A stretch of 64,000 nucleotides of DNA from a virus (IMGVR_UViG_3300050509_000415:5253-69252); one strand, 5' to 3'. Counted from the first letter of the stretch, positions 9,919 to 18,905 are shown. Translations and numbers: made by a program. Notes: generated by a model from the letters alone, not told the origin.

Positions 9919-11343
9919 TTATGGCGCGGGGGCCACGTAGCGTTTGAGCTCGGCCGGCCGACAGTTGAATGTCAATCCGGAACGGGGATCGTGGTCAGCC
10001 TCAATGAGCAAGGGCCAATCGCCGTAGCGTTGCTTCAAGACGAGTATCTCGATGATATCCTTGGGTATCTCACGCCATAACCCGGGCACGTTACTCCCGA
10101 GGATTGTATCGGCAATTTGCACCCAACCACCGGAACCCATAATCGTTTCGCGGGATGGACGTTTATCAGGGCGATTCTCGACTTGCTTAAGGTTCTGCTG
10201 TGCCGTGAGAATCAGGTGCGTATTCGTTATCTTCGCGATGTCTTGGGTCCTGATAAGATTGGTCTTTTCCTCTTCTGGCCCCTTGAATTCGAAGGCTCGT
10301 TCCCACAAGTCCAACACGGCGACTTCGCAGGCGCTGTCGATGACCATACCGTGAATCGCCGAAAGCGCGTCTTCGTTGGCGTGCTTACCCTTGGTAACCG
10401 GTTGATCGACAAACCGTACGTAACTTGAGATCCGTTCTCGCTCGACCGCGAGAGCGGTCCTATCTTCTCGAGATAGCAGACCAGAAAGCATTTTGGTGCG
10501 ATCCAATCCCAAGGACATACAAGCAAACAAGTTGCAGAGCATGTCCGGAGGCATTTCCCACGCCCCCATAAGAACCTTGCGGCCCAATCCTTTATCGCCA
10601 ATTCGCGGAATCCCAGGTCCTTGGTGCAAGGCGATTTGTCCAGAGATGAGCGATTTACAAGCCCCGCTAACAGCGGTTATTACAGTAATCTTCCCTGGCA
10701 TCGTACCGGTCGTCAGTCGCCTAGTACCGTCATCGTTCAGGTCCAATCCGGGAATGCCAAACGGGTAATGCTCGTCGGCGAGCTCGTCTAACAAAGCCTC
10801 TGCCCGGTCACGCAGCCGACGCGGGTCGCTCATCAAGCCGCGGTATCCCGAGCCCCCCTCGAGCGACGTAGCCACGGATCGTGCCATCGCACGCACCCGG
10901 TCGGCCGGAGCGGCCGTATCCTGCAACGTCCGTAATAGCTCGGGGAGTGGACCGCGTACGCATTCAACCCGTGCTCGGTCCCAAAGCAGCATCTCGACGT
11001 GGTGCTTAAGGTTTGGCGGCACCTCGGTCCGGCTGGCTAGTAGGGTCTCGAGATACGGCGTGTCCGCCTTACCACCGGTAAGCTGGTGCAGGGTTGCGAT
11101 GTCGAACGCTAGGTCACGACGTGCGATTTCCGTCAACCCTTCCCATATTACCTGGTGCTCGTCGGCTAGGAACACATCGGGGCGCAATCGCTGCGTTAAG
11201 CCCTTGCGGACTTCGGTGTCAATACAGGCTGCGATGACAAGAATTTGTTCATTCACGGCGTCTACGTGAATATCAAGCTTATCCAGCTTCGGCGTCGGAC
11301 GTTCGGGGATGGGCGCGGGGCCCTCGATCGGGCGTCGCTTCAC
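9919..11343 (-). CDS. dnaB: DnaB-like replicative helicase
   Basis: DnaB N-domain (EQILV...VFLADEHQVIW), Walker A-like AVSGACKS, Walker B VAVLDL, QQNLKQVENRPDKRPSRETIMGSGGWVQIAD and VLKQRYG. Confidence 0.88.
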   Translation of the reverse strand: MKRRPIEGPAPIPERPTPKLDKLDIHVDAVNEQILVIAACIDTEVRKGLTQRLRPDVFLADEHQVIWEGLTEIARRDLAFDIATLHQLTGGKADTPYLETLLASRTEVPPNLKHHVEMLLWDRARVECVRGPLPELLRTLQDTAAPADRVRAMARSVATSLEGGSGYRGLMSDPRRLRDRAEALLDELADEHYPFGIPGLDLNDDGTRRLTTGTMPGKITVITAVSGACKSLISGQIALHQGPGIPRIGDKGLGRKVLMGAWEMPPDMLCNLFACMSLGLDRTKMLSGLLSREDRTALAVERERISSYVRFVDQPVTKGKHANEDALSAIHGMVIDSACEVAVLDLWERAFEFKGPEEEKTNLIRTQDIAKITNTHLILTAQQNLKQVENRPDKRPSRETIMGSGGWVQIADTILGSNVPGLWREIPKDIIEILVLKQRYGDWPLLIEADHDPRSGLTFNCRPAELKRYVAPAP

Positions 11344-11666
11344 TTTCCCTTCGACGCGAGTACGCGCTTCACGTGCTCTTCGAGCTTATCGTAGAACATG
11401 AGGCTGGCCCAGCCGTCGACCATGAGACGGGCGCGCTGGAATAGCTCGCTCGGTGTTTCACCACCCGTTCCATCGTCATTCATGTGCAACGGGCCGAGTC
11501 GGACGATCACCGACGGCAATTCAAACGAATTGTACTGAACGGGACTGTACTTCTCTGTACCCGAGCTTACTTCGATCTCGTGGATGTTCAGTTCCTGGCA
11601 GGTGCGCTCGGGCGCGCCCGGCTTCGTTTCGGCGGGCGCGGCTTGTGGTTTGACGATACGTTTCAT
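11340..11666 (-). CDS. hypothetical protein
   Basis: 108 aa, overlapping the helicase start (GTGA-type coupling). Confidence 0.65.
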   Translation of the reverse strand: MKRIVKPQAAPAETKPGAPERTCQELNIHEIEVSSGTEKYSPVQYNSFELPSVIVRLGPLHMNDDGTGGETPSELFQRARLMVDGWASLMFYDKLEEHVKRVLASKGK

Positions 11667-11673
11667 CTTGGCC

Positions 11674-11919
11674 TCAGTCGTGGATAAACGCTTTGTGGTC
11701 GCCGTCTACGGTACGTAGCTTGGCCCAGTACGCGCGTTCGGCCGCGGTAAGGCTTAGGGCCCGTCCGGACGAAAGGAACGCATCCGCGGCGGCAAGGCGC
11801 ATCTCATCGCGAACCGTACCGGACACCCGCCCGCAGCTCATGGTCCCGTCCACGTAACACGAGAAAGCATGACCATTTACGGACCCATCGAACCGTCTGT
11901 CTGCAAAGTCAATCTTCAT
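11674..11919 (-). CDS. hypothetical protein
   Basis: Start revised to MKIDFADRR at 11919, which overlaps the upstream stop. Confidence 0.55.
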   Translation of the reverse strand: MKIDFADRRFDGSVNGHAFSCYVDGTMSCGRVSGTVRDEMRLAAADAFLSSGRALSLTAAERAYWAKLRTVDGDHKAFIHD

Positions 11920-12175
11920 AGTCGTTTCCCTGCTCAATTATGGCTTTGACAGCCGAGGTCGTAAGGGTTTGCCCGTCGAGCCATGTTATGATGCAGCAGG
12001 CTCCTTCGACGATACGTTTAACCGCGTTGTACGGTTGCCATTTACCATCGACCAGACGTCTACTTCCCTTCCCGAGCCCTGGTTTTCGGAATAGCTTCCG
12101 GATCCGGTGGTTGGCTTCGTCTATCTGATAGATACTGCCGTTTTCGGTCGTCACGACTAGGTACTTAGGCTGCAT
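11909..12175 (-). CDS. hypothetical protein
   Basis: Start revised to MQPKYLVVTTENGSIY at 12175. The longer annotated N-terminus overlaps the upstream gene. Confidence 0.6.
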   Translation of the reverse strand: MQPKYLVVTTENGSIYQIDEANHRIRKLFRKPGLGKGSRRLVDGKWQPYNAVKRIVEGACCIITWLDGQTLTTSAVKAIIEQGNDYED

Positions 12176-12440
12176 TGCCCGACCCCGGTTTGAATACCCC
12201 CAAGCAGTAGGCCCGGTGGATGTCGGCGGCCTTGCGCAGCGCATCGACGATTTGCCGGGTTTCGTCCGGAAGCGTCGCCAGGCCGTAAGGTCCCGGGTCC
12301 CGCTCGATTTCGTTTGCCATGTCGAGGGCTCGCTGGATGGATGGTGTGAAAACCTCGTCGCCGATCTCAATACGGATGCCGTCTTGGGTCACGCGCACCC
12401 GGACCCGTATCGAAGAGGGCGGTGGAACCGTATCCTTCAT
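12165..12440 (-). CDS. hypothetical protein
   Basis: 91 aa, coupled to both neighbours. Confidence 0.6.
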   Translation of the reverse strand: MKDTVPPPSSIRVRVRVTQDGIRIEIGDEVFTPSIQRALDMANEIERDPGPYGLATLPDETRQIVDALRKAADIHRAYCLGVFKPGSGNAA

Positions 12441-12688
12441 CGCCCGATACCCATGCGGGCCATGGCGTGGCCGGCGGAGATTACAATTGGGTCCGCGTTG
12501 TGGATATCGTTGGAGTCGTCGAAGTCCGCGCGGTCAACAGCGGAAGATGTGTCATAAACACACTCGGACGTATCTTCGACACACCAGCCAAAGCCCTGCA
12601 ACGCACCACCCCAGTACCAGGCGTAGATACACCCACAGGGACCCTTAAGCAGGGTCATCGCTTCTTTCTTCCCGAACAGTCTTGCCAT
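12437..12688 (-). CDS. hypothetical protein
   Basis: 83 aa, ATGA overlap downstream. Confidence 0.55.
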   Translation of the reverse strand: MARLFGKKEAMTLLKGPCGCIYAWYWGGALQGFGWCVEDTSECVYDTSSAVDRADFDDSNDIHNADPIVISAGHAMARMGIGR

Positions 12689-12695
12689 GTGTCCC

Positions 12696-12986
12696 CTATG
12701 CCGCCGGTTTCTTGGACCGCAGCGCGGCGTCGAATGCGTCGTCTACGGCGGCGTGGGCAAGCTCTCGGTCGTTCCTACACGCCTCGACCATAAGCATCGC
12801 CAGCGCCTTGCCGAAGGGCATCTTCGGGTCCTTCCTGGCCGTGGTCTGCGCACAGGCAAGTAACGCGACGGCGATTTCCCTTGGATTTGCGATGCGCCCC
12901 GAGGCAGCCGTGTAATTGACCAATCCGTCAACCAAGGCGACCTTGATCTTGGACAAAAGCACTACAATCGGCGGTTCGCCGGACAT
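12696..12986 (-). CDS. hypothetical protein
   Basis: Start revised to MSGEPPIVV at 12986 (TGATG overlap with the upstream stop). Confidence 0.6.
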   Translation of the reverse strand: MSGEPPIVVLLSKIKVALVDGLVNYTAASGRIANPREIAVALLACAQTTARKDPKMPFGKALAMLMVEACRNDRELAHAAVDDAFDAALRSKKPAA

Positions 12987-13309
12987 CACTTCCCTCTGCG
13001 CCGCTCGGCATGTGTCTTTAGCCACTCCTTTACCTTCTTGGGCGAGCCGTGACAGGCGCTTGGGGCGTAGTTGTAGATCCACGAGCAGAGCCCGTGTAGG
13101 CCCACCCGGGAATTTAGGTCGGCCCGCGACAGGGCACCGAAGAGGTCGTTCTCGAGCACGCACTTGAGAAAATCGCCGGTCGGGATACCGCGCTCGATGT
13201 AAAGCCTAAGCCCTTCCCTAAGATGTTCGGGCACGTGAACGCTAAACTTCAGTAGGTCGTCATCGTCCATTGTGTAGGTGCCTTCTTCGGTCCATGTACG
13301 GTAGGTCAT
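12986..13309 (-). CDS. conserved phage hypothetical protein (YIERGIPTGDFL..VLENDL)
   Basis: Start revised to MTYRTW at 13309 (ATGA overlap). The motif is familiar from small phage proteins. Confidence 0.75.
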   Translation of the reverse strand: MTYRTWTEEGTYTMDDDDLLKFSVHVPEHLREGLRLYIERGIPTGDFLKCVLENDLFGALSRADLNSRVGLHGLCSWIYNYAPSACHGSPKKVKEWLKTHAERRRGK

Positions 13310-13590
13310 GATCTGCGACGCCTTGTAGATTTGGTAACAGTGCCGTAGCCGTCGCCGTAGCCGTTGCCGTAGCCGTCGCCGTTGCCGTAGCCGTAGCCGT
13401 AACCGTAGCCGTAGCCGTCGCCGTCGCCGTAGCCGTAGCCGTAGCCGTTGCCGTAGCCGTTGCCGTAGCCGTTGCCGTTGCCGTAGCCGTTGCCGTAGCC
13501 GTTGCCGTAGCCGTCGCCGTAGCCGTAGCCGTAGCCGTCGCCGTAGCCGTAGCCGTCGCCGTTGCCGTAGCCGTAGCCGATCGGTTTCAT
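13306..13590 (-). CDS. Gly-Tyr/Asn/Asp repeat protein
   Basis: MKPI-(G[YND])x39-GTVTKSTRRRRS. ATGA overlaps at both ends support this frame. Confidence 0.7.
   Translation of the reverse strand: MKPIGYGYGNGDGYGYGDGYGYGYGDGYGNGYGNGYGNGNGYGNGYGNGYGYGYGDGDGYGYGYGYGYGNGDGYGNGYGDGYGTVTKSTRRRRS
13345..13578 (-). repeat. tandem hexamer array GGC-(T/A/G)AC, 39 units
   Basis: Directly visible on the plus strand as gtagcc/gttgcc/gtcgcc units. There is one GGT variant. Confidence 0.97.
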
Positions 13591-13922
13591 GACTTGGTTC
13601 CCCAGTTATCTGGAACCGGAACACGGAAGATTTCGCTATCAGCCGGAATCTCTACATCGGCACATGGGCGCAGATCCGTCTTAACCAATGGATTAGCTAC
13701 CATCGCGGCGAACCCCTGGCCCGTCCACGAGAAGACGTGCAATGCCCTGGTGAGAACGATCTTCCCGGGCTTCGCGGTCTCATCGACATCGCCTGCAAAA
13801 ATCCATCCTCGATCGACCACCACTACAGCGCGTTTACCCGGTTTGGGTTGCACAGCTTCGACCGAATCGGCTTTGATGTACTTAACCCCGTTAATCGTAA
13901 GTTCGGTCACTTCTTGTTTCAT
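13587..13922 (-). CDS. conserved phage protein (DUF6948-like) that commonly precedes GYG-repeat ORFs
   Basis: AVVVVDRGWIFAG...LTRALHVFSW. From recollection, this family is typically paired with Gly-rich repeats. Confidence 0.7.
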   Translation of the reverse strand: MKQEVTELTINGVKYIKADSVEAVQPKPGKRAVVVVDRGWIFAGDVDETAKPGKIVLTRALHVFSWTGQGFAAMVANPLVKTDLRPCADVEIPADSEIFRVPVPDNWGTKS

Positions 13923-14095
13923 GGTTCCTCTTTTTGCAAACAGACCCGTATCTCATGCGGCGTAAGTTGGTCCTTGGCGTCACCCGGGTGGCGGTTGCAT
14001 CGGCGGCACTTGCTCTTCTTGCTTTTACCGTCTACCGAAACGGCCCACACAAGGACGAAGACACCGTCGCGCGAGAGGCAATGCTTAACCGGCAT
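13919..14095 (-). CDS. small hypothetical protein (58 aa, CxxC)
   Basis: MPVKHCLSRDGVFVLVWAVSVDGKSKKSKCRRCNRHPGDAKDQLTPHEIRVCLQKEEP*. It exactly fills the gap, with an ATGA overlap downstream. Confidence 0.55.
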   Translation of the reverse strand: MPVKHCLSRDGVFVLVWAVSVDGKSKKSKCRRCNRHPGDAKDQLTPHEIRVCLQKEEP

Positions 14096-14435
14096 TGTCC
14101 GGCCACTCGTCTGGGTTACAGCCGTGGGTATCCAGCCAAATGCGTGCCGCTTCGCCCTTAGGGGTCAACCAACCGGCGCTGACTACACCACCGTGCTCGG
14201 TAAACTCGAGCTTATCCAAGCAATATAGAGAAACCCACGATAAACCGGCTTGTGGTGTGTCCTCGTCGTTCAGACCCAACCATTCCTGAAACTGTTTACG
14301 GTTGGGCCAACTCTTCTCAAACGGCACATCGTAGTCCATCGTGTAGTACCAGAGCAACCAATGCAGCATCGTTAGAGCCGTTTCGGGACTCCCGCATCCA
14401 CAAATCGGTAGATCGGACCAAGGATCGAAATTCAT
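14085..14435 (-). CDS. conserved phage hypothetical protein (CGCG.P...LD..EFTEHG...WLTPKG)
   Basis: Start revised to MNFDPW at 14435 (ATGA overlap). Winged-helix-like C-terminus. Confidence 0.7.
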   Translation of the reverse strand: MNFDPWSDLPICGCGSPETALTMLHWLLWYYTMDYDVPFEKSWPNRKQFQEWLGLNDEDTPQAGLSWVSLYCLDKLEFTEHGGVVSAGWLTPKGEAARIWLDTHGCNPDEWPDNAG

Positions 14436-14653
14436 ATTTCTAACTCCTCTAGGACATCGTGTCGGAAGAAGCCGGCACATCGCACCGAGCAGAACGCGCG
14501 TTTGGACTTCGCCGGCAGATCATCCCCACAGTACAAACACCATCCGCACGGCGCGGGCGCGAACGTACAGCAAAGCGCCACCTCGCCCGCGGTTCCGCAT
14601 TTACGGCCACACGCCGGACATTGCGAAGGCCGGGCATACCCAGTTACAGCCAT
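14432..14653 (-). CDS. Cys-rich Zn-binding protein
   Basis: CPACGRKC, CGWCLYCG and FCSVRC. Confidence 0.6.
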   Translation of the reverse strand: MAVTGYARPSQCPACGRKCGTAGEVALCCTFAPAPCGWCLYCGDDLPAKSKRAFCSVRCAGFFRHDVLEELEI

Positions 14654-15630
14654 TGCTTAAGCCCCAGGACCAGGTCGCAGTACTGCGCCCGAACTACATC
14701 CGACGGGGTCAACCCTTTGACCTCGGTTAGACGTTTGATGGTCTGAAGCCGGGTGGTAAGGGCTCTGGCAAGTTTGATGGCCGACTGCATTTCCGAGTCG
14801 AGCCGGGCGTCGGGTGGCTTGCCCACCGCGGCGACGATCTCTTTGGTTTCCTCGTAGGTCTTACCCACCACCTGGGCTACGACTTCGGTCTGGACTTCGG
14901 GGTCCTTGATCTTGATGATCTCGTCGACCTGGCAGGTCTTGAGTTCGGCGCTTGCGTGGGCTGCGGCGACGGCGGGTGCCGCCCGTTGGACCCTTGCTTT
15001 CGCCTGGGCGACCTTCCTGGGACTACACTTGAGTTCCTTGGCGACTTCCTCGACCGCGTTCGGCTTGGTCCCCTCAAATGCAAAATTTGCATTTGGCGTT
15101 GTTTCTAAGACGGCGGAATTGCTCAGTTCCGGAAAATCGGACCCCCCGAACTCGTCGGCCGCGCCGTGCATCTTGTCTGGGTCGACGCACGGTGGCTTCT
15201 TCGGCTTCGACGGACGCTGCGCTTCCTTGATCACCCGGTTTTTGGGATCGAGTTGCTTGACGATCTCGATCCTTTCCGTGACGAGCCGGTCCCACTCGTA
15301 CGAGTCGACCTCGACCCGGGCGATATTTTCATCGATGTGGCGCAGTCGGGACCGGAGCGGGTCGTGTCGGTAAACCCGCACCCGTATGGTCTTTTTCTTG
15401 AGCAGGATGTGCGCGTGGATGCGGCCCTCGCCGGCATCGACCCGGTATTTCCTAGGCGTTGTTTCGTCCTGGGCAGAAATCCGATGGACAATCACCGGGT
15501 TAAGCATCCCGTTCAGGGCGATGGAGTCGGCGATACGGGCGATGTGCCCTTCGTCGTGTCGCTTGGGGGCGTCAAATTCAAGGTCCCTAATCGGCACGTC
15601 GAGTTCGGCTTCAAAGTCGTCATCGGTCAT
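14644..15630 (-). CDS. ParB/Srx N-terminal-domain protein with HTH
   Basis: IARIADSIALNGMLNPVIV...YRVDAGEGRIHA, then HIDENIARVE, then an HTH-like EEVAKELKCSPRKVAQAK. Confidence 0.85.
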   Translation of the reverse strand: MTDDDFEAELDVPIRDLEFDAPKRHDEGHIARIADSIALNGMLNPVIVHRISAQDETTPRKYRVDAGEGRIHAHILLKKKTIRVRVYRHDPLRSRLRHIDENIARVEVDSYEWDRLVTERIEIVKQLDPKNRVIKEAQRPSKPKKPPCVDPDKMHGAADEFGGSDFPELSNSAVLETTPNANFAFEGTKPNAVEEVAKELKCSPRKVAQAKARVQRAAPAVAAAHASAELKTCQVDEIIKIKDPEVQTEVVAQVVGKTYEETKEIVAAVGKPPDARLDSEMQSAIKLARALTTRLQTIKRLTEVKGLTPSDVVRAQYCDLVLGLKQWL

Positions 15631-15726
15631 CGTAATGTCCTTTCAGGTCCCGTAACGCGACACTGTCTCATATGTACACGACCGGCCGGGAGGTCAATGT
15701 AGGTAAGTGCGAATTATTACCCACCG

Positions 15727-15918
15727 TCATCGTTTTTCGGACCCAGTTACGTGGTATTTCCGACAAGCCGGACATCGGTATACCCGTAACCGGAAACCGG
15801 CGCTGCGGTGCGCCATCTTCGCGGCACGTTCCGAGACATAACCGCGTTTTCCAGTATCACTGCAATTGTACCAGGCGTGTTCTGGGTCAAGGACGGGGGG
15901 CATGTATGGGTCGGTCAT
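15727..15918 (-). CDS. small Zn-binding phage protein (KRGY...RVYRCPACRKYHVT)
   Basis: Start revised to MTDPY at 15918. Familiar phage motif. Confidence 0.7.
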   Translation of the reverse strand: MTDPYMPPVLDPEHAWYNCSDTGKRGYVSERAAKMAHRSAGFRLRVYRCPACRKYHVTGSEKR

Positions 15919-16446
15919 GGGGTCATCTGAACGTCTACATGCCGCGCGCGGCATTTTAGTGTTTAACAAACAATTAGAAAATCACCGAGACTCAGAAAGC
16001 AGCGGGCAACCGGCCGGTGAGCTAATGCAAAGAAGATCGGCAAATAGCACGGTGCAAGGAATCGCAGATTGTTCCACTTCCTGGAGGAAACCCACGCTCT
16101 CCCTTCGTACGCTATCTGGGAGAGGGTCAGGTCCTCTAGAGGAAGACTCCAGAAGACGCATAACTGGTCCGGGTAACCCTCGGAAGAACCATCAACCCCC
16201 GTCTGCGATCCGCTGCTCTGATTCCTCTCGATGAATCACATATCCGGAAAAAGGAATTTCGACTTGGGCGTTAACAATTCCCACCCGGTAGCTCGGGGCC
16301 ATTACTGAGTCGAGTTCTCTAAAACCGGAGAACAGTCGTAAGATAAACATAAAATCTCTGTAAGTCCTTCACCTAGACGGGTAACCCGGATAGGGAAGGC
16401 AAGGAGATTAAAGGGGGGTGATCTACCATCCGTCCCAATTTGAACA

Positions 16447-16968
16447 ATGAAGAGACGAATCAAGACGTCAAGTCTAGATCGAATGGAATTGACCCTAGCT
16501 AGGGAAATACGCGAGATTCGCGGAAAACCCGTTCCCATGACACAAATTGAGAAGGAATTCTCAAAAATGCTCGACGGCTGGTTTCAACGTCAGTTTCATC
16601 CACAGATCCCGTTCGGCCCATATCGGGCAGACTTTTTGCATTTCGGTGGGCTAGTCGTTGAACTGGACGATACGTCCCACAACGGCCGCGACGATCACGA
16701 CGCGAAGCGGGATCGGTACTTTTCTAAGTATGGGTTTGTTACATTACGAATAAAAACCTCAGAATTCAGACGAGATCGTGCGGCTAGCCTTCAAAGGATC
16801 AAATCCTCCCTTGTCGATCGACTCTGTTCGGGGAAACCTTGTAGAGTTCCGATGGTTGGGGAATTTATTCCGAAGCCGAGCTGTCTAAATCGTGTCCGGG
16901 TTAAACCACTCGAAATTGACACGATGCCCAAACCGAAAAAGCCACCCGTCGCGTCGAGCTTCGAGTAA
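16447..16968 (+). CDS. DUF559 / Vsr-like PD-(D/E)xK endonuclease
   Basis: QIPFGPYRADF...LVVELDDTSH...DAKRDRYFSKYGFVTLRI. Confidence 0.88.
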   Translation: MKRRIKTSSLDRMELTLAREIREIRGKPVPMTQIEKEFSKMLDGWFQRQFHPQIPFGPYRADFLHFGGLVVELDDTSHNGRDDHDAKRDRYFSKYGFVTLRIKTSEFRRDRAASLQRIKSSLVDRLCSGKPCRVPMVGEFIPKPSCLNRVRVKPLEIDTMPKPKKPPVASSFE

Positions 16969-17029
16969 CGCCGCATGTAACCTAGGTTTCGTACACCGAT
17001 TGTACAAATCCAACCCGTCCAACCGCGGC

Positions 17030-17446
17030 ATGTGTCTCGGTATGGACCCAACGGACGAACTCAAAAAATTACTCGACGAAGTACTTGGCAAAGAGGGATT
17101 AGAGTCGATCAAGAAATCGATCGACGTATCCCGTGCCGTCGGCGACGCCCTTGCGGCGTGGATGAGCACCCCAGAGAACAAAGCCCGCGACGGGCGCATC
17201 GTGTTCGGCGAAGTGATGGCCGGCCTCATGTGCGCCGCCGCATCCCTGCAGTCAACCACGAAAGAGACCCCTCTCGAATGTGGGAACAGATTTGCCCTCG
17301 GGGTGCAGTTGGCTTCCCAGGCCAGCCCGGTTCACTACCTGGGTAATGCGTTCAAGCAAGCGGTGTTCGATATCGTCGATGCCGAAAAGGCCGACAAGAC
17401 CCCGACACCAAAACCGCCGACCGACCTCGGACCGGGGTGGAACTGA
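17030..17446 (+). CDS. hypothetical helical protein
   Basis: Start revised to 17030 (or 17042). TGATG coupling to the next gene. Confidence 0.65.
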   Translation: MCLGMDPTDELKKLLDEVLGKEGLESIKKSIDVSRAVGDALAAWMSTPENKARDGRIVFGEVMAGLMCAAASLQSTTKETPLECGNRFALGVQLASQASPVHYLGNAFKQAVFDIVDAEKADKTPTPKPPTDLGPGWN

Positions 17447-17787
17447 TGCGCCCCCTACGCTTCGCACTTGGCGTTGCGCTCGTCCTGGTCCTTACCGGGT
17501 GTGCGTCTAATTCCGCTGACACTGGAACTACCCCGCCCCCGGGCGCATGTGGACCATCTTCGTGCCCGTTGCCCCCGCCGCCACCCGAAACCACGTGTGA
17601 TCGGACCATCGACAACTTGACCCGGATCGGCATGTTCTACATCGCCGAGGTGGACCCGCCGATAACCGCCCACGATCGTGCACTTTTCTGCAAATCCCTA
17701 AGCAAGAACTACGATCTGGAATGCATGGCCCGTGCCCAGAACGTCATGGAGGCGTCCCAATGTCGAAAGGTCCAGGTCTCGGCCTAA
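17446..17787 (+). CDS. Cys-rich lipoprotein
   Basis: Signal peptide MRPLRFALGVALVLVLTG-C (lipobox), Pro-rich linker and six further Cys. Confidence 0.75.
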   Translation: MRPLRFALGVALVLVLTGCASNSADTGTTPPPGACGPSSCPLPPPPPETTCDRTIDNLTRIGMFYIAEVDPPITAHDRALFCKSLSKNYDLECMARAQNVMEASQCRKVQVSA

Positions 17788-17792
17788 CCCAC

Positions 17793-17903
17793 GTGATTAC
17801 GTTCGCACTCGCGGTCTTCCTTGGGGGTCTGCTGGTCGGGTATACGTTCGGGCTATCCCGGGGGCTACGCCTTTTCGCCACTGGTACCGTGGAATGCCCG
17901 TAA
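17793..17903 (+). CDS. small membrane protein
   Basis: GTG start, hydrophobic ITFALAVFLGGLLVGYTFG. Confidence 0.45.
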   Translation: MITFALAVFLGGLLVGYTFGLSRGLRLFATGTVECP

Positions 17904-17987
17904 TGACCTCTGGGCGGCCCGTGGTTGGGTTTTGATCCGTCGGATAGGGTCAGGCCTCGTCCGGACCCAAAGCGCGTTATAACGCGA

Positions 17988-18524
17988 CTACGGCGACCGT
18001 ACGACCGTAACGGGGCCACCGACCCCCACACAGTGCCGACAGCAGGCCTCTACCACCCGGGTGACACGGGTACGCGGGGACACGGATTCAGTAAGGGCCA
18101 GCCCGACCAGGGCCGCCATCGAAGCCGACCCCGCCGCCGCATACCCCGTGGCAACCCGATCCGATAGGTAACCCGAAGAGTCCAACACCCAAAGTTCACC
18201 CGATATGCCCAACAGACACTCCCATTCCACCTTCGACGAAGAGTCGGTCTCCAAGCCGTCTTCCTTGAAGAGCTTGCGTAGTGCCGGCATTAGGTCGCGT
18301 ACGACGTATGCGGCCGTTTCGGCCTTGGCCGGCCGTTTGGGGGCTTTGAAGTCGTACCGTACGAGCTCGCAAGGCCGGCAGTCCCCGGCCCAGCCCCATA
18401 CCAAACCGTCCTTTTCGTATACCTTGGGTAATGAAATCGTATACTTAAGGGTTTTGGTGCTGACCTCGGAATCGCCCGCCATCCAAACCACTCCGTCCTT
18501 CACGACCGAAACGATGCAAGTCAT
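17988..18524 (-). CDS. HslV/proteasome beta-subunit-like Ntn hydrolase
   Basis: M-TCIV (Thr1 nucleophile), AGDS, downstream K, GWAG, and AAGS near the C-terminus. Confidence 0.8.
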   Translation of the reverse strand: MTCIVSVVKDGVVWMAGDSEVSTKTLKYTISLPKVYEKDGLVWGWAGDCRPCELVRYDFKAPKRPAKAETAAYVVRDLMPALRKLFKEDGLETDSSSKVEWECLLGISGELWVLDSSGYLSDRVATGYAAAGSASMAALVGLALTESVSPRTRVTRVVEACCRHCVGVGGPVTVVRSP

Positions 18525-18562
18525 TGGGGGATACGATACCGCGTTCGCGGGTCATAAGAAGG

Positions 18563-18588
18563 TTGACAGGACCAAACGCGGTATTATC
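18563..18588 (+). promoter_or_regulatory. putative promoter TTGACA-N15-TTATC
   Basis: Perfect -35 at 18563-18568 and TTATC at 18584-18588, upstream of GGAGAAGG and the gene at 18612. The same motif occurs at 26115 and 32528. Confidence 0.65.
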
Positions 18589-18611
18589 GATTTGGATATG
18601 GAGAAGGCGAA

Positions 18612-18905
18612 GTGACCGACCCCCGCAAACTCATCCAGGAGGCGAGGGAGCTGGATGCGAAGGCTACGAAGGGGCCGTGGACGCCGTATCGATGTCACCA
18701 CGTTTACGACGCCAACGAATCATGCGAGGTTCGTGGGTTCGGAACGTCGGGCGTAGCGGTCACGATCTTCGGTGACGGTGCACGTGACGAGTGCCACCAC
18801 ATCGTCGGGACAGCGGACGCAGCCTTCATCGCCCACTCCCGCACCCTCCTGGTCGAGTTGGCGGATGCGCTGGAGAAGGCGTTGGAGGGAAGCGATGTCG
18901 ATTGA
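18612..18905 (+). CDS. Ead/Ea22-like protein
   Basis: ELDAKATKGPW...ADAAFIAHSRTLLVELADALE. Confidence 0.7.
   Translation: MTDPRKLIQEARELDAKATKGPWTPYRCHHVYDANESCEVRGFGTSGVAVTIFGDGARDECHHIVGTADAAFIAHSRTLLVELADALEKALEGSDVD

Noticed and set aside
12986-13624. 212-aa ORF with an RLRLRQ repeat N-terminus
   Set aside because: It is the alternative frame of the hexamer array. ATGA overlaps support the Gly-Tyr frame and a separate start at 13309.
13934-14161. Plus-strand membrane-like ORF
   Set aside because: It overlaps a conserved minus-strand gene, and a 58-aa minus ORF (13919-14095) fills the gap with translational coupling.
16247-16275. Partial resemblance of ATCCGGAAAAAGGAATTTCGA to the concatenated NN code
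   Set aside because: It needs several gaps and mismatches and is consistent with chance.
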